From assembly GCF_018977255.1 (NCBI RefSeq), contig NW_024704743.1:60452001-60516000 (forward strand): a stretch of 64,000 bases of DNA, given 5' to 3'. The first letter of the stretch is position 1. Each line of letters opens with the position of its first letter. Below, piece after piece: positions 12,682 to 24,775 of the stretch. The notes beneath the pieces were generated by a model. It had not been told where the DNA came from and did no database searches. It worked only from the letters and a program-made list of their open reading frames with translations. Source of the stretch: Callorhinchus milii. Its lineage: Eukaryota. The position numbers and the translations under genes are program-made.

Positions 12682-12895
12682 TACCTAGCAGTAAGTAGGA
12701 AACTGGTTGTTAGTGGATTGGCGGATCACTTTTCCGGGGGTAATAATACTGTCAAAAAAACTAATAATAATAATAAATTGGTCATTTCAATCCTTGACTG
12801 TTTGTGGGACACTGCTGTGCGGTATATTCTGTGAAGTGCTTTGAGGTGTCTCGAAGACGTCATAAGGTGTTATTCGAAATGCAAGGATTATTATT
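12682..12895 (+). mobile_element. tRNA-derived SINE, 3' half of the copy starting at 10860
   Basis: tacctagcagtaagtaggaaactggttgttag...gcaaggattattatt continues where 10971 stops. Confidence 0.88.
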
Positions 12896-15800
12896 GTTTG
12901 CTTTATCAAAAAGTAACTAGTTTCTCCACATTGTATTGAATCCCCACTGAATCCCCAGAAACATCCAACAGCAGCAGCATCATCATCTGAGATTATCAGA
13001 CAAACAGGCTTCTGCAGTGGGACTGAGGCTCATGTTCAGTTTCACGCTTAGTAATAAAATCAACCTGATCACATTCACTCTGATTTCAGGAGAAACAATG
13101 CCAGGTGACACTTTGTGAGGACTGTATTAGTGCAAAGCATACAATGTACTACCTGGACAGAAGATAAAAAATGGCATGACATGTAACTCGCTATCATCAT
13201 CATAACATTTGTCTGTGTTGAAAGATATGTGGTTGCTGGCCAGCAATCCCAGCTCGTGTTTATATTGGGTTTTCACTGCATAACTTTGAATCCATGCCAG
13301 TGTAAAGTCCTACCTCTGCAGGGGCATGTTTTCATGCTGATCTGAAAGCTAAGTGAGCAATTCACAAAGTGTATCTTGCTAAATCCATAATCTATTACAT
13401 GCTCAGCCCAGCATAAACATTACTGGTGTAAAATAGATGCAGAAAAGCAGAAGGAAAGAAACCCACTGACAGGAAGAAGGCAAAGCGGAGAGAGAGAAAT
13501 GGAAAGAGAGTGAGAGGAAAGGGACGGAGGTCGGAACAAGAGGACAAAGAAAAATAGATCAAGAGAAAGAAATATGCCGAAGAGAAAAATACACGACATG
13601 TACATATATACAGTGTAAAGAGAAATGTAGACACTCACATAGAGTCAAGAGTTAACAGTGCTGTATGGTTAGGAGTGGAGTAAGACAACAATTGCGAATC
13701 TCATATTTGTGGCCCCTTTTTAAAAGAGGTCGCCCTGCTTCACTGTAGACCTCACCAGTAATGTATGAGGAGGAGGGAAGTGAGAGTGAAACACAAACAC
13801 AAGGCTGGAGGAACTTCAATCTCAAACCAAGTCGATCTGGACTTGTTTATGCACAATCTCTCTTTTAGCCTGTACCCTCTGGGGCTATTCTTCTAAGTTC
13901 ACTAAGTTCAGGAAATGTGTTGCTCTGGGCTTGTAAATAACTAATGTAATTTAATATTTATAACAATATTACCTTTGTAATCATTTTTTAATTTATAAAT
14001 AAATTACCTGTGTGTATATTTGGTTTGCACTGAAGTAATAAATTTACTAATCTTATTAAATGGAGCAGAATAACACTTAATCTGCATCAGGGCTTTCTCT
14101 ACACTGTGATATTCGCACAGCGGATTCCAGGTGATAATTGTGAATTAAAATATTAGATTTAAGGACATAATTCCCACGAGATTTGCAAAATGGAAAGTCC
14201 AAAAAAAGGCTGGTGAGCAAAATATAATCCTATAGTGACCATTAATACAATAAATTTGTTTCATAAATATCATATTTGGACCTAATGGAGTGCACAGACC
14301 CACTTTCAAGAAATTGCAATATAAACAATAATATATACATTTGGAATAGCACCTTATGGTCAGAAAGACGTCTCAACTATACCATGAATGTTAGTAGAAT
14401 GTACATTCAACCAACACATCAGATCTTATCACTAGCCACTGTAACTTCCTGACATCTTGTTTATCTTTTAGAAAGTTCTTTTTATTAAAACCTTAACTTG
14501 TGAATCTATAATCCGAGAAGCTGAAGATCATTCAATCAAACTTCTTCCCTGCAAAAAAGAACATTTTAAAACAACTTAGACATATATTTCAACATTTTGA
14601 GCAAACACCAGAAGTCTCACAATCCAAACGTTTGAAAGTCCAGGGTCAAAATTTCCATTGACTTTTGTTAAAGAGAAGTAAAATAATTGCAGTAAAATTC
14701 CAATATCTAAATAAAACAAAAAGTAAATGTAAATGGACTTGATTTGGTTACTTGTGATGATTTGAGCTTTTGTTTGGTTATGAATTGAGCTTGTGCTTTT
14801 GTTGCTACAGTTTTCAAACTGAGATGCAGAAAGACCCAGTAAAGTACACTAAACATGAAGGCTCGTTGGGGCCTGGAACAGTTGGGTCCCATCTGTGCAG
14901 CAGATGTAAATTCATTGCGCTCATTGCAAGACAGAGACTCTTTAAGAATTTCAGAGGCTGTACGCAGGGAAAAGGGTTAGTTCACCAGCATGAGGAACTC
15001 ATTAATGGAATACCGTCACGCCTCATCCGTACAGTCACCCCTGCATTGTTTAAATGTTTTTTCTCATTGAGGTTCTAGTTTACAAGAGAGTTTTATTTGG
15101 AGGTGTAGTACAAAGGAATGGACGTGGTAATGAAGTTTGAAATAAAAACGGTTTGAATATATGTTTGAGTGCAAGATGAAAGTCTACGTTGCATTTGCTT
15201 AACCAATTTGCCTGTGTCTTCTTATTTTCTCATTTCAAACTATGGCGATTATATTTTATGCTGTCTCAAGTCCCAGACAGAGCTGACTAAAACCACTGGG
15301 ATTATGTGCTGAACCAGCATCATTTTTAACACCACCCACAGAAACGTTCAATTTAGCCTACATTAACCCCTGACCTGAACCAACGCAATTTCCGGTCTGC
15401 GCCACACACTTCCTCAGTAAATCAGCCTAACTTTGAACGTGATGAAGAACACAGGCTCTCTTTGACATCAGATCCCCTGGAAAAGGATCCATCACACAAA
15501 TGAGTGGTTACAGAGCATTGCTGCTACCGGCAAATCTACCAAAACACAGCCAAAAAACATGACCCTTTGAAGATCTTGGCCACCCTCCTCGGAGGCCACT
15601 GTGAATTTTTCACCATTTATCAATAAAAATAATACTTGCATTTGATACGGCAGCGCCTATTCATGTCATTGCGACGTCTCAAAGCGCTTCACAAAATATA
15701 CTGCATAGTGGATTCACTGTATATTTTGTTCGCGAAACACGTCATATCAAAATAAAAAATCAAATATAAATAAAAATCAAATAAAAATAAGTCAAATTCT

Positions 15801-16109
15801 TGCTTATTATTTGTAAAAGAGAAAACATACCAAAACTAGACTGTCGAATATTTCCTTTGTCACAGCGAGTTGCCAGGTGATTCCATTGTGTGAGATACAT
15901 GTCCAACTTTATGGAAATCAGCAGTTTCTGGACAGTCACAGTATAATACTTGTCTTTTGGAAATTTAGGCCACCCAATCACAGCTCAGCCGTGATAACAG
16001 TTTATCACCTTAACAAACAGGAAATGAGGTTGCTGACCCCTGTAACACACAATTCATTCAGGAATCCAGATTTGCTGATCAAAAACTGGTGAATTATCTC
16101 CCCCACCAC

Positions 16110-16428
16110 TACCATTGGAGGGCAGCCTTTCAGTCACTTGTTGTCCGTGCTCAGGAACTCTATTCCCAGGTCCCTCCGACTTTCTTCCTCTGTCATCTCT
16201 TTCATGATGTGTCTCAAAACAAACTGGTTTGACCGCCTTTTTGGTGATCTTTCCTCCTCCTCACCCCCTTCACCTCCTAGCCTCTGCTCCAGTGGCCAGC
16301 CAGAATTGTCAAACACTTTTGGACTTCTTCCAGACATGAAAGACACTGTATAGTGTAAATTATATTGTATTTCAGCGCTCTGAGATGCTACCCCGTGGGA
16401 ACAACACTATATAAATGCTAGTTGTTGT
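16110..16428 (+). mobile_element. L2 3' end fragment(s)
   Basis: cagcctttcagtcac...ggaactc...ctcaaaacaaac...tttgaccg and tail cactatataaatgctagttgttg. Confidence 0.7.
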
Positions 16429-16442
16429 TTTATACATTATAA

Positions 16443-16678
16443 GGAGTCCCGTAGTGTACTGGTTAGTGCGCTCGCCTCACAAGCAAGAGGACTCGGGTTC
16501 GATTCCCAGGTGGGGCAAAACCTTAGGCAAGTTTCCTTACTCAAAATGCCTCTGTTTTCCTACAACAACAACTTGCATTTTATATAGTGCCCTTCATGTG
16601 GAGGAGCATCCCAGAGCACATCTTATGTAGCATTAAGTAGGTTTGTTAGTTGATTGGCGGATCGCTTACTGGGGGTAA
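16443..16678 (+). mobile_element. tRNA-derived SINE 5' part with an antisense L2 tail inserted at 16563-16627
   Basis: ggagtcccgtagtgtactggttag...gggttcgattccc...ctgttttccta | caacaacaacttgcattttatatagtgccc... | tagcattaagtagg. Confidence 0.85.
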
Positions 16679-16686
16679 TGGTTTGT

Positions 16687-17096
16687 GTGTCAGCCTGGCA
16701 CAGTGAGGTTGTACTTTCAAGGTCCATATAGGGACCATGTAGGGACTTGGAATCACATTGTCTAAACCAACACTCCAATGCAATACTGGTGGTGTGTTCA
16801 TTGTCGGAGGTGCCATCCTTTGGATGAGAAGTTAAACCAAGTTCACCTGTTCAGTTGGATGTTATAGATCCCATGGCACTATTTGAAAAGAGAAGGGAGT
16901 TTCTCTCGGTGTCCTGTCCAACAATCCCCCAAATTGGTCACTCAATCCATCGCTGTTTGTGGGATATTAATGTACACAACTGGCTGCCGCATTTTGCCTA
17001 TAAAATACACGGTCAATTCACTTTACATCCTGTATATCCTGTGAAGGACTTTGAGACATCTGTCTGATGTGATAAGGCACTATATCAAATGCAAGG

Positions 17097-17142
<46 letters not shown>
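16687..17142 (+). mobile_element. Deu-domain SINE, full length, long (TAT)n tail
   Basis: Head gtgtcagcctggcacagt, Deu core ggaggtgccatcctttggatgagaagttaaacc...gatcccatggcactatttgaaaagag, shared tail, (TAT)n at about 17097-17142. Confidence 0.88.
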
Positions 17143-17144
<2 letters not shown>

Positions 17145-17333
17145 GCAAGGCACACAGATATGGAAGTGCCTCTTCAGCGACCAGAACATACTGCCCAAGG
17201 AAAATCCATCCTTGGGTTAGGAGCCCTCCCTCACCCTCCCTAATCTATAAAAGTGAGGTTTGGTTCTGAGGAAATAAGAATTCAGAGAAATACCATCTGC
17301 ACCACTACAACAACCTGGCTGATGGACATGGCA

Positions 17334-17868
17334 GTGTCTGTCTGGCTCAGTTGGTAACACTCTCACCTCTGAGTCAGAGGGTTGTGGTTTCAAGTCCTAC
17401 TTCGGGATTTGGAACTCACATTGTCTAAGATGACATTACAATGCATTACTGGAGTGCCATGTTTAGATGACATGGCCACAAAATATACAGTCAATTCATT
17501 TTACAGTATATTGTGTGAAGTGCTTTGAGACATCTCAAAGGCATGATTAGGTGCTACATCAAATGCAAAGATTATTATTATTATTATTCTTAAACCTTGT
17601 CTGCCTGTTCAGGTAGGGGTTAAAGATCCCAAGGCGCTACTTGAAAAGAGAAGTTAGTCTCTCCCAGTATCCTGGCCAACAATCCCCCAATAAAATTGAT
17701 CATTTAATACATGGTTGTTTGTGAGACATTGCTGTGTGCAAATTGGCTGCCACATTTGCCCACAAAACACAGCCAATTCACTTTTATAGTATATCCTGTG
17801 AAGCACTTTGGAACGTACTCCTGACATGAAAGATGCAAAACCAAATGTAGGCTTTATTGTTATTATTA
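17334..17868 (+). mobile_element. Deu-domain SINE with an internal SINE-tail insertion (about 17472-17588)
   Basis: Head gtgtctgtctggctcagttggtaacactctcacctctgagtcag; Deu core resumes at ttaaaccttgtctgcctgttcagg. Confidence 0.8.
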
Positions 17869-18117
17869 TCTTCCTTTGAAGTTAAGAACGTTCCCAAAGA
17901 AAAAAAATTCCTTGACCAGAGCAATTGAACTGCCCTGATGGAATGCCACAGAAACTCAAAATACTGATGGAACCAGAGAAAGTTGTGATGGAAAATATTA
18001 TCTTCAAGTGTCTGAGGCCCAGAAAAGCTTTACCCAACAATAAATCAAACAAGTGCCTTCTCTTCTACATTGTGTTGTCTACTATATCTCAATTGATGTA
18101 CAATCGTAGAAATTGCA

Positions 18118-18325
18118 GCACAGAATAAGGACATTTGGCCATCAAGCCTACACTGGCGCTAGCTCCTCCACTGAAGATAATGACTCTAATTCCAATCCAC
18201 TGTTCCCTCCCAGACCATTTTATATTGTTCCTCTTCAAATGTTTAAGCAAATCTCGTTTGAATGGTATTATGATCTCAGCCTTGGTAGCTACTTGTGGTA
18301 AAGTATTCCATGTTCCAATGACCTA
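18118..18325 (-). mobile_element. CR1 3' end remnant
   Basis: cagcacagaataaggacatttggccatc... antisense CR1 3' UTR. Confidence 0.6.
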
Positions 18326-18365
18326 TTCATTCCATGTTGCTCTGCTGCTGGCAGTTGGCATGTTG

Positions 18366-18740
18366 GTGTCAGCCTGGCTCAGTTGGTACCACTCTCACCT
18401 CTGAGTAGCAAGGCTGTGGGTTCAAACCCCATGTTGGGACATAATCTAGAGTGACATTGCAATGTAATGCTGTGCTACATTGTCAGATGCAGAGCTGTCT
18501 TTTGAATGAGCAGTTAAATTGAGGTCCCTTCTGCCTGTTCAGGTGGATACCAAAGATCCTATGGCAGTGTTCGAAAACAGAAAAGCATTTCTCCCAGTGA
18601 CTGGGCCAACAATTTTCCAGATAAAAATTGGTCTTTCAGTTCATGGCTGCTCATGGCATATTGTACACCAATTGGAAGCCAAGGTTGCCTACATATACAT
18701 AGTTCACTGGTGCACTGTATCAAATGCAAGGACTATTATT
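18366..18740 (+). mobile_element. Deu-domain SINE
   Basis: gtgtcagcctggctcagttggtaccactctcacctctgag...caggtggataccaaagatcctatggc...aaatgcaaggactattatt. Confidence 0.85.
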
Positions 18741-20179
18741 GTTTACATATATGTTCCTTTATATAGGAACAAAAGGTGACCAATATGATGCATTCCTTCA
18801 TTTATAACAAATTAATTCATAAAAGTACTTGTACAGACATGATGTTAATGTTAATGGTATTTTAATAGGGTTCATAATAGATGATACATTAGGACATGAC
18901 TATGCGCAATTGGGCTACCATGTTCGTCCACAAAACAGTCACTCCTGTGAAGGAGTAAATCCTGTGAAGCGCTTTGGGACATCCTCCTATTATGAAAGAC
19001 TCTGTACCAAATTAAAGGATTTTTAAAAATATTATTATGATAATTATTAGTTAGGTAAACTTATTCAATTACCAAGATCGACAAAGCAAGGATTGTAAAT
19101 AGTGACAATTCCTAACTTTGGCATGCATTTCAATATAATACAATACAATACAATACAATACAATATGTACATGTAGCATAATTGCTGTTAAGCTATAAAG
19201 CTTTTTATTAAAATTAAGATATCAGCAGTTAAAAATCTGAAATAACTGTTTTCAAAATTATTCTCATATTTCTGGTGCTCACCTGTGATTTATAGAATAG
19301 TGGACTATTCCACTGCTGATGTTATGAGATGAATCATATCCATGAACATGAAATTCCTTACATAAGTCAGGAGAACAGGTCAAATGAATACAGAGAAAGT
19401 CTACATTAAAGGCAAAGTTAATAGCATCATTAACATTTTAATATCACTTAATATTGCAATCTGTTGCAAACCCACAACATCATGTTTGCACAGGTACATT
19501 GATGAATTAATTTCCTCTAACACATTCTGAATGGCTTGAGGCCAATGGAAATGGCGCTTGTTTAACAAACAGATTGGCAGTAGTTCAGGTGCCTGTACCA
19601 CTTGGCACAGTTACAATGAGCATAATCTCTTGTTTACTAAATGGAAGAAGGGACAGAATTTGAGGGTGATAATGTTGCTTCTTGGCTGCTGTACTTTCTA
19701 TTGATCAATCTTAAAATATCATTGGTAGCAGTGATAAATTGGCCCACAATATACACAGCCGACCACTTTATAGTATCCTGTGAAATATTTTGAGATAGTA
19801 TCTCAGAGCGCTTTATCTCAATGAGGTGATAAGTCGCTATCAAATGCAAGAATTATTTATCATTATAACTATTTATTATTATAGATAAATCTATGACCTG
19901 GGCCACTCTATCATTCTAATTGAATATATGAAGATGCATTAAGTGGGAGAATAAGTGGGAAAAACTTTAACATTAAAAGGTTATTACTTTGCTTGGAAGC
20001 CAACAATAGATTAGCAAATATATTTTTTGGTTTGTTTTCGCCCTCTGTTGGGAATAATCATTTCAATCTCATCATTTTGCAAATGGTCCTGATTTGAGCC
20101 AATAAGAGGGAGAACTATAAAGCTGCACCTTACCTTTAGCTTCGCTGATGCACCGTTAACACCACAAACATTTAAAATC

Positions 20180-20362
20180 TAATAATAATAATCCTTGCAT
20201 TTGATATAGTGCCTTATCACATCATTGTGCCAGCTCAAAAACGCTTTACAGAATATATTGTAAAGTGAATTGAATGTGTATTTTGTGGGAGAAATGCAGC
20301 AGTCAATTGTGCACAACAGCATCCCACAAGCAGTCGTGGATTGAGTAACCACATTTTTTTTT
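20180..20362 (-). mobile_element. SINE 3' half
   Basis: taataataataatccttgcatttgatatagtgcc...cccacaagcagtcgtggattgag. Confidence 0.85.
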
Positions 20363-21269
20363 GTCATGCATTTTTATCCCAGTTTCTAAAGCAATGAAAT
20401 GGCGCTACTCTCCGCTATAGCAGAGAAACTGTTCAGCAGAACTGCAAGTTTGAGTTACAGAGTGCGATCTTTGAAAATCAGCTCCATATGTTGGAATCTG
20501 GATTATACTAGCAGCTGCTGATGGAACCAGAGAAAGCTGCTGATTTCTTGCCACTAAATGTAGATATAGATTCAGTGCTTTCGTGGCAGCTATTGTCTGA
20601 GGGATTCACTGTGGTTTTGATCAATGAAAACAGTGAGACCATTGCTTTTATTTCCCATAGACAACATTCACTTGAAGGTCTCATTAAACAAAAGTAATAC
20701 TTCATGAGTGATAATCATATACTTGCTGCCTGAGGTTTTCAACAGAAAAAAATATAGTGCATTGTTCGTAAGATGTATAATGAGTAACGTTAAGCAGTTG
20801 TCCTTATGTTCTCATTGGAAAATTCCTTCCTTTCTATTCATGAGTGGCTTTTCCATCAAATGACTGGTGTTATTTCATATTGGGAAAAGTAAAATATCAT
20901 TGAGCACAAATGAATAAACAGCAGTTTTGCTTAAGATTAATCTATAGGTGTTCCAGTGTATTAAAGGAGCATGTTAGATTTTTATTAAACTGGTTTTATG
21001 AACACTTTAAGCTAGATATCTGTGGAAGGCATGCATGATCCTTGGGCTGAGATGTTTGAAAAGTCCTACATTGAAGTTAACCTTGATACATACCCCTTCC
21101 AAGCCTGTGTCCTCTTGAGACTTCAAGTCTTGATGTAAAAGCAGCTGGCATGAATAGTGAATGTTGTTCTCAGACAGAGGAGATAGTTGAAAACTCTGGT
21201 TGCCAATTTTCTCCTAACTGAGCTGGATGCAGGATGAGGAATTGAAGAGATATCCTCACAATTTTTAGG

Positions 21270-21510
21270 TAGGAACTCATAATCTCTGATAACATTCCAG
21301 TGGGGAGTGCTACTTTGTTGGAAATGCCGTCCTTTGGATGGGATGTTCAACCAAAGTCCCATTTGCCTGTTCAGGTGGACATTAAAAATTCTGTTGTACT
21401 ACTCAAAAAAGAGAGAAAAGTTTATTCCAATTTCCTGGAGATCAATCCCCAGATACAAAGTGGATGTATGTGGAACATCGTTGTGCACAAATTAGATGTC
21501 ATATATCTAC
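21270..21510 (+). mobile_element. Deu-domain SINE fragment
   Basis: ggaaatgccgtcctttggatgggatgttcaaccaaagtcccatttgcctgttcaggtggac. Confidence 0.75.
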
Positions 21511-22689
21511 AAAATATAGGCAAATAAAATGTCTTCGATTCAGAAATACTGTATTTGGGGTGCATATTTAAGTCCAAATTGCAGTATTTCTAAACATAAT
21601 CTGCCCCTTAAGGAACAATGCTAAATATGCATTAACACCCTCTCCCATCTTGGATTCCTGCTTAGCGGGGATCATTTTTAAGCACATAACATATACCTTC
21701 TGATCTAATTTAAGGGATTCTGGTCTAACTAAATCTGATTAAGGGTAATATCCTGTGAATAAGGCCCAGAAGGACAATTTTATATGCTCACATACAGCAA
21801 ATCAGGCGCAGTGAAATTTTCGAGCCCTGTAGGTGTGGGAGAACTAACAAAATTAATAATTTAAACCAGATTCTGCACTAACCTAAGGGCTATGCTATAA
21901 ATATTTTGTACCATAAGGGATGAAGATAAAAATTGCAAAGCTCCTGCTCAACATTGTAAAGTACTTTGAGATGTTCTCCCAAGGTGAAAGGCGCTATAAG
22001 TGTAAATTGTTGTTGGTGGGGAATTATAGAAATTTAGAAAAGGTAATTTAGTTGGACATATCAGAAAAAAGGCTAGGCTAAGAATAGAATAGCAATTCCC
22101 CTGATGATCTTGTTTTCTTTAAAGTCCTCCTGGATGCTACTCTGCATGAAGGGCGCGATATAAATGCAAGTTGTTTTTTTAAAGAATTCATTAACTGTCA
22201 TTTGGACTTAAATATGTTGCAAATACAAATAATTTATACAGATTTCTTAATAGTGCTTGAAAAATTGGTGACAATAGTATTTGTGACCCTTAATATAGCT
22301 GGGGCTGCCAAACCTGATACACTAACCAGTGATGCCATTGAAGCCAAGAGAAGACCTTAACTTAGTTTAATTCAGATCACTGGACTTTGGGTCAATGGGT
22401 TTCATAAAGCTTTCATTGGAAAAACAATGGCGTAAATAACTCCTTCATGCTAGAAAAAGCCCTCAGAACATAAAGTGCATCTGCTTCAGACGCCCACGTG
22501 CTGACCGACAAGTCCGTAGTCCCAACCCAAGATCACCTCAGAGAGGATCTTGCAAGTTGGTATGTTTAACTGCTGTGATGGGAAGACAGTAGAGTAAAAT
22601 GAGATTGAATAGGTTGAAAAGCTTTCTGTTCCTGACAGATTATGTTCACTAATAAGTTCTCAGTTGATAGCACTCTCATCAAGGTTCCA

Positions 22690-23050
22690 TCTGCCTGCTA
22701 AATAGGCTGTTTCCACTGGGTAAATATGCCTTTTCAACTAGTTGGGGAGTCCATAGTCAGAGCACACAAATATAAGATAGTGACTAGGAGATCAAAAAAG
22801 AGAATTTAGGAGGAACTTCTTCATGCAGAGGGTACTGAGAAGTTAGAACTCACTGCCTGAAGCAGTGGTTGAATGATTCAACTTGAATGAAATAGTATGG
22901 ATGCATTCAAGAGGAAGCAAGACCTTCAAATGAGGGAGAGGGGAATAGAAGAATATGGAAGGGAGGGAGGAGTGGGTGGAGACTTGCGTGGAGTACGAAC
23001 ACAGGCACACACTCGTTGGGCTGAGTGGCCTGTGTCCATGCTGTACACTC
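22690..23050 (+). mobile_element. CR1 3' end
   Basis: ctgtttccactg...aggaggaacttcttcatgcagagggt...gaactcactgcctga...gttgggctgagtggcctgtgtccatgctgtac. Confidence 0.8.
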
Positions 23051-23059
23051 TTTGTAAAT

Positions 23060-23280
23060 CTTTGTCCAGGTGGACCATGAAGCTCCCAAAGGACTACTCA
23101 AAAAGAAAAGGAAGTTTTTCCTGATGCCATCACCACCAATCTCCAAAATAAAATTATTAACTTTGTGGCTGTGGGACATTGCTGTGCGCAATTACCTGGT
23201 GCATTCACCTGCAAAATACACACACACTGGACTTTGCAGTATATCCTGTGAAACTCTTTAGATGTACTCCTTATGTGAAA
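23060..23280 (+). mobile_element. Deu-domain SINE 3' half
   Basis: caggtggacc...aaaagaaaaggaagt...gctgtgggacattgctgtgcgc...cctgtgaaactcttt. Confidence 0.65.
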
Positions 23281-24179
23281 GGTCTTTTTAACCCTTTTTA
23301 TATCTGAAGTTGAAACTGAACAGAATTGTTATTTTAGAAACATTAATGTTCTAAAAGAATGATTGAACTAAACTGGGAATACTAACATTGGATCTTCCCA
23401 AAGGAATTCTGAAAATGAACATAAGCAAAAAACTACACCCCATCTGAAAATGGTAGAATTCCAGTGATCGGTTCACAGACAAACTCTTGCAATGATCAGA
23501 GCCAGGTGCAGCTCTGGCACAGAGATAGCTTACTGAAAAACATTGCATTCTTTTACCATCAGCGGAATATAATAGAATCCCTTTCCTGCAGTGTGCTCTG
23601 AGTAAGATTTTAGCGAATCGTGGCTGACATTCCCTCGCTTGGCTTTTGTAACTTGACTCTTAAAAACACCAAATATATTGTCCAAAAGATGTTTGTTTGC
23701 ATACTACAGCTATGCAACTAGCCAATCCCATGACTTTATTCTCCACAAAGATCATTTTATGCAAAAATATAAAGGTAGGATAGTTTAAAAGGTATGCTAC
23801 AGCTGAATTTCTTCACATTGTGTAGCACACAGCTTGGAATATGTAATGCTTTTTTATATTTATAAGCCAACGTGTTACAATTTATCACTTGCAAATGAAC
23901 AATACGAACACTGGGAAAAAAAATGAAATAATCGCAGCTTTCTTTGGGAGCATCAAAGGTTCCAGAATGCAGTATCGAGAACATTTGGCTGCCTTATGGG
24001 GGAGCAAGGCAGAAGTAAGGAAAACAGAGAGAAACTAGATGCTTCTGGGACATGTGCTGGAAACATCAAAAGGTGCAAAATTTCCCAGCAAAGAGTCACA
24101 GACGGCATAATTACATTATCTGTAGTCAAATTAGGAGAAAAATTTCAATCCAAGTTAAGAAATTAAGTTAAGGACAATA

Positions 24180-24345
24180 AAGGATGAGCAGAAGAATTAG
24201 AGGTGATCTTATAGAAACCTATAAGATTCTTATGGCTCTTGACAGGGTTGATATTGTGGAATTAGGTTAGAAGCTCAACCATGATCTTATTAAATGGCAG
24301 GGCAGGCTCAAGGGGCCGAATGGCCTATTCCTGCTCCTATTTCTT
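24180..24345 (+). mobile_element. CR1 3' end, internally deleted
   Basis: agaagaattagaggtgatcttatagaaacctataagatt (RRIRGDLIETYKI) then ggggccgaatggcctattcctgctcctatttctta. Confidence 0.75.
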
Positions 24346-24489
24346 AATAAATACCGACATCAATCACATCCAAGAATAAGGTAACAGAAAAGCTGATTTT
24401 GCCCATATAGACTGGGTATTGGGAATATACCACTTGTAGAATATAACTCAGCTCACACTATGGAACTTGCACGTTGGTTCATTCTCAGA

Positions 24490-24775
24490 CTGCTTTATAA
24501 GATGTTTTCCATGGCCTTGTCCCTCCCTACCTCTCTGACTTCCTGCAACTTAATGCCCTGGCTGCTCTCTCCTGTCAGGGAACACCAGCCTGCTTCATGT
24601 CCCCGCCTGATTTGTCTCACCATCAGTGGGTGAGCTTTCAGTCATTTTGCCCCCCCATCAGCTTCCCCGCGCCCCACCCACATGGAACTTCATTATGAAT
24701 TCCCTCTACCTTGCCTCCTCCCTCCCCACCTTTAAAGCCTACCTCAAGACCTATCTTTTTGACAATAGTTTTAAT
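24490..24775 (+). mobile_element. L2 3' fragment
   Basis: catggccttgtccctccctacctc (HGLVPPYL)...gctttcagtc...tggaact...tttaaagcctacctcaagacctatcttttt. Confidence 0.75.

Noticed and set aside
20133..20178. Strong minus-strand donor aag|gtaagg with a 45-nt open frame
   Set aside because: The only nearby acceptor comes from a SINE (TAT)n tail and lacks a pyrimidine tract.
21540..21830. Possible MITE/DNA-transposon ends (tgtgaataaggccc, aaattttcgagccc)
   Set aside because: I could not find matching opposite termini or target-site duplications.
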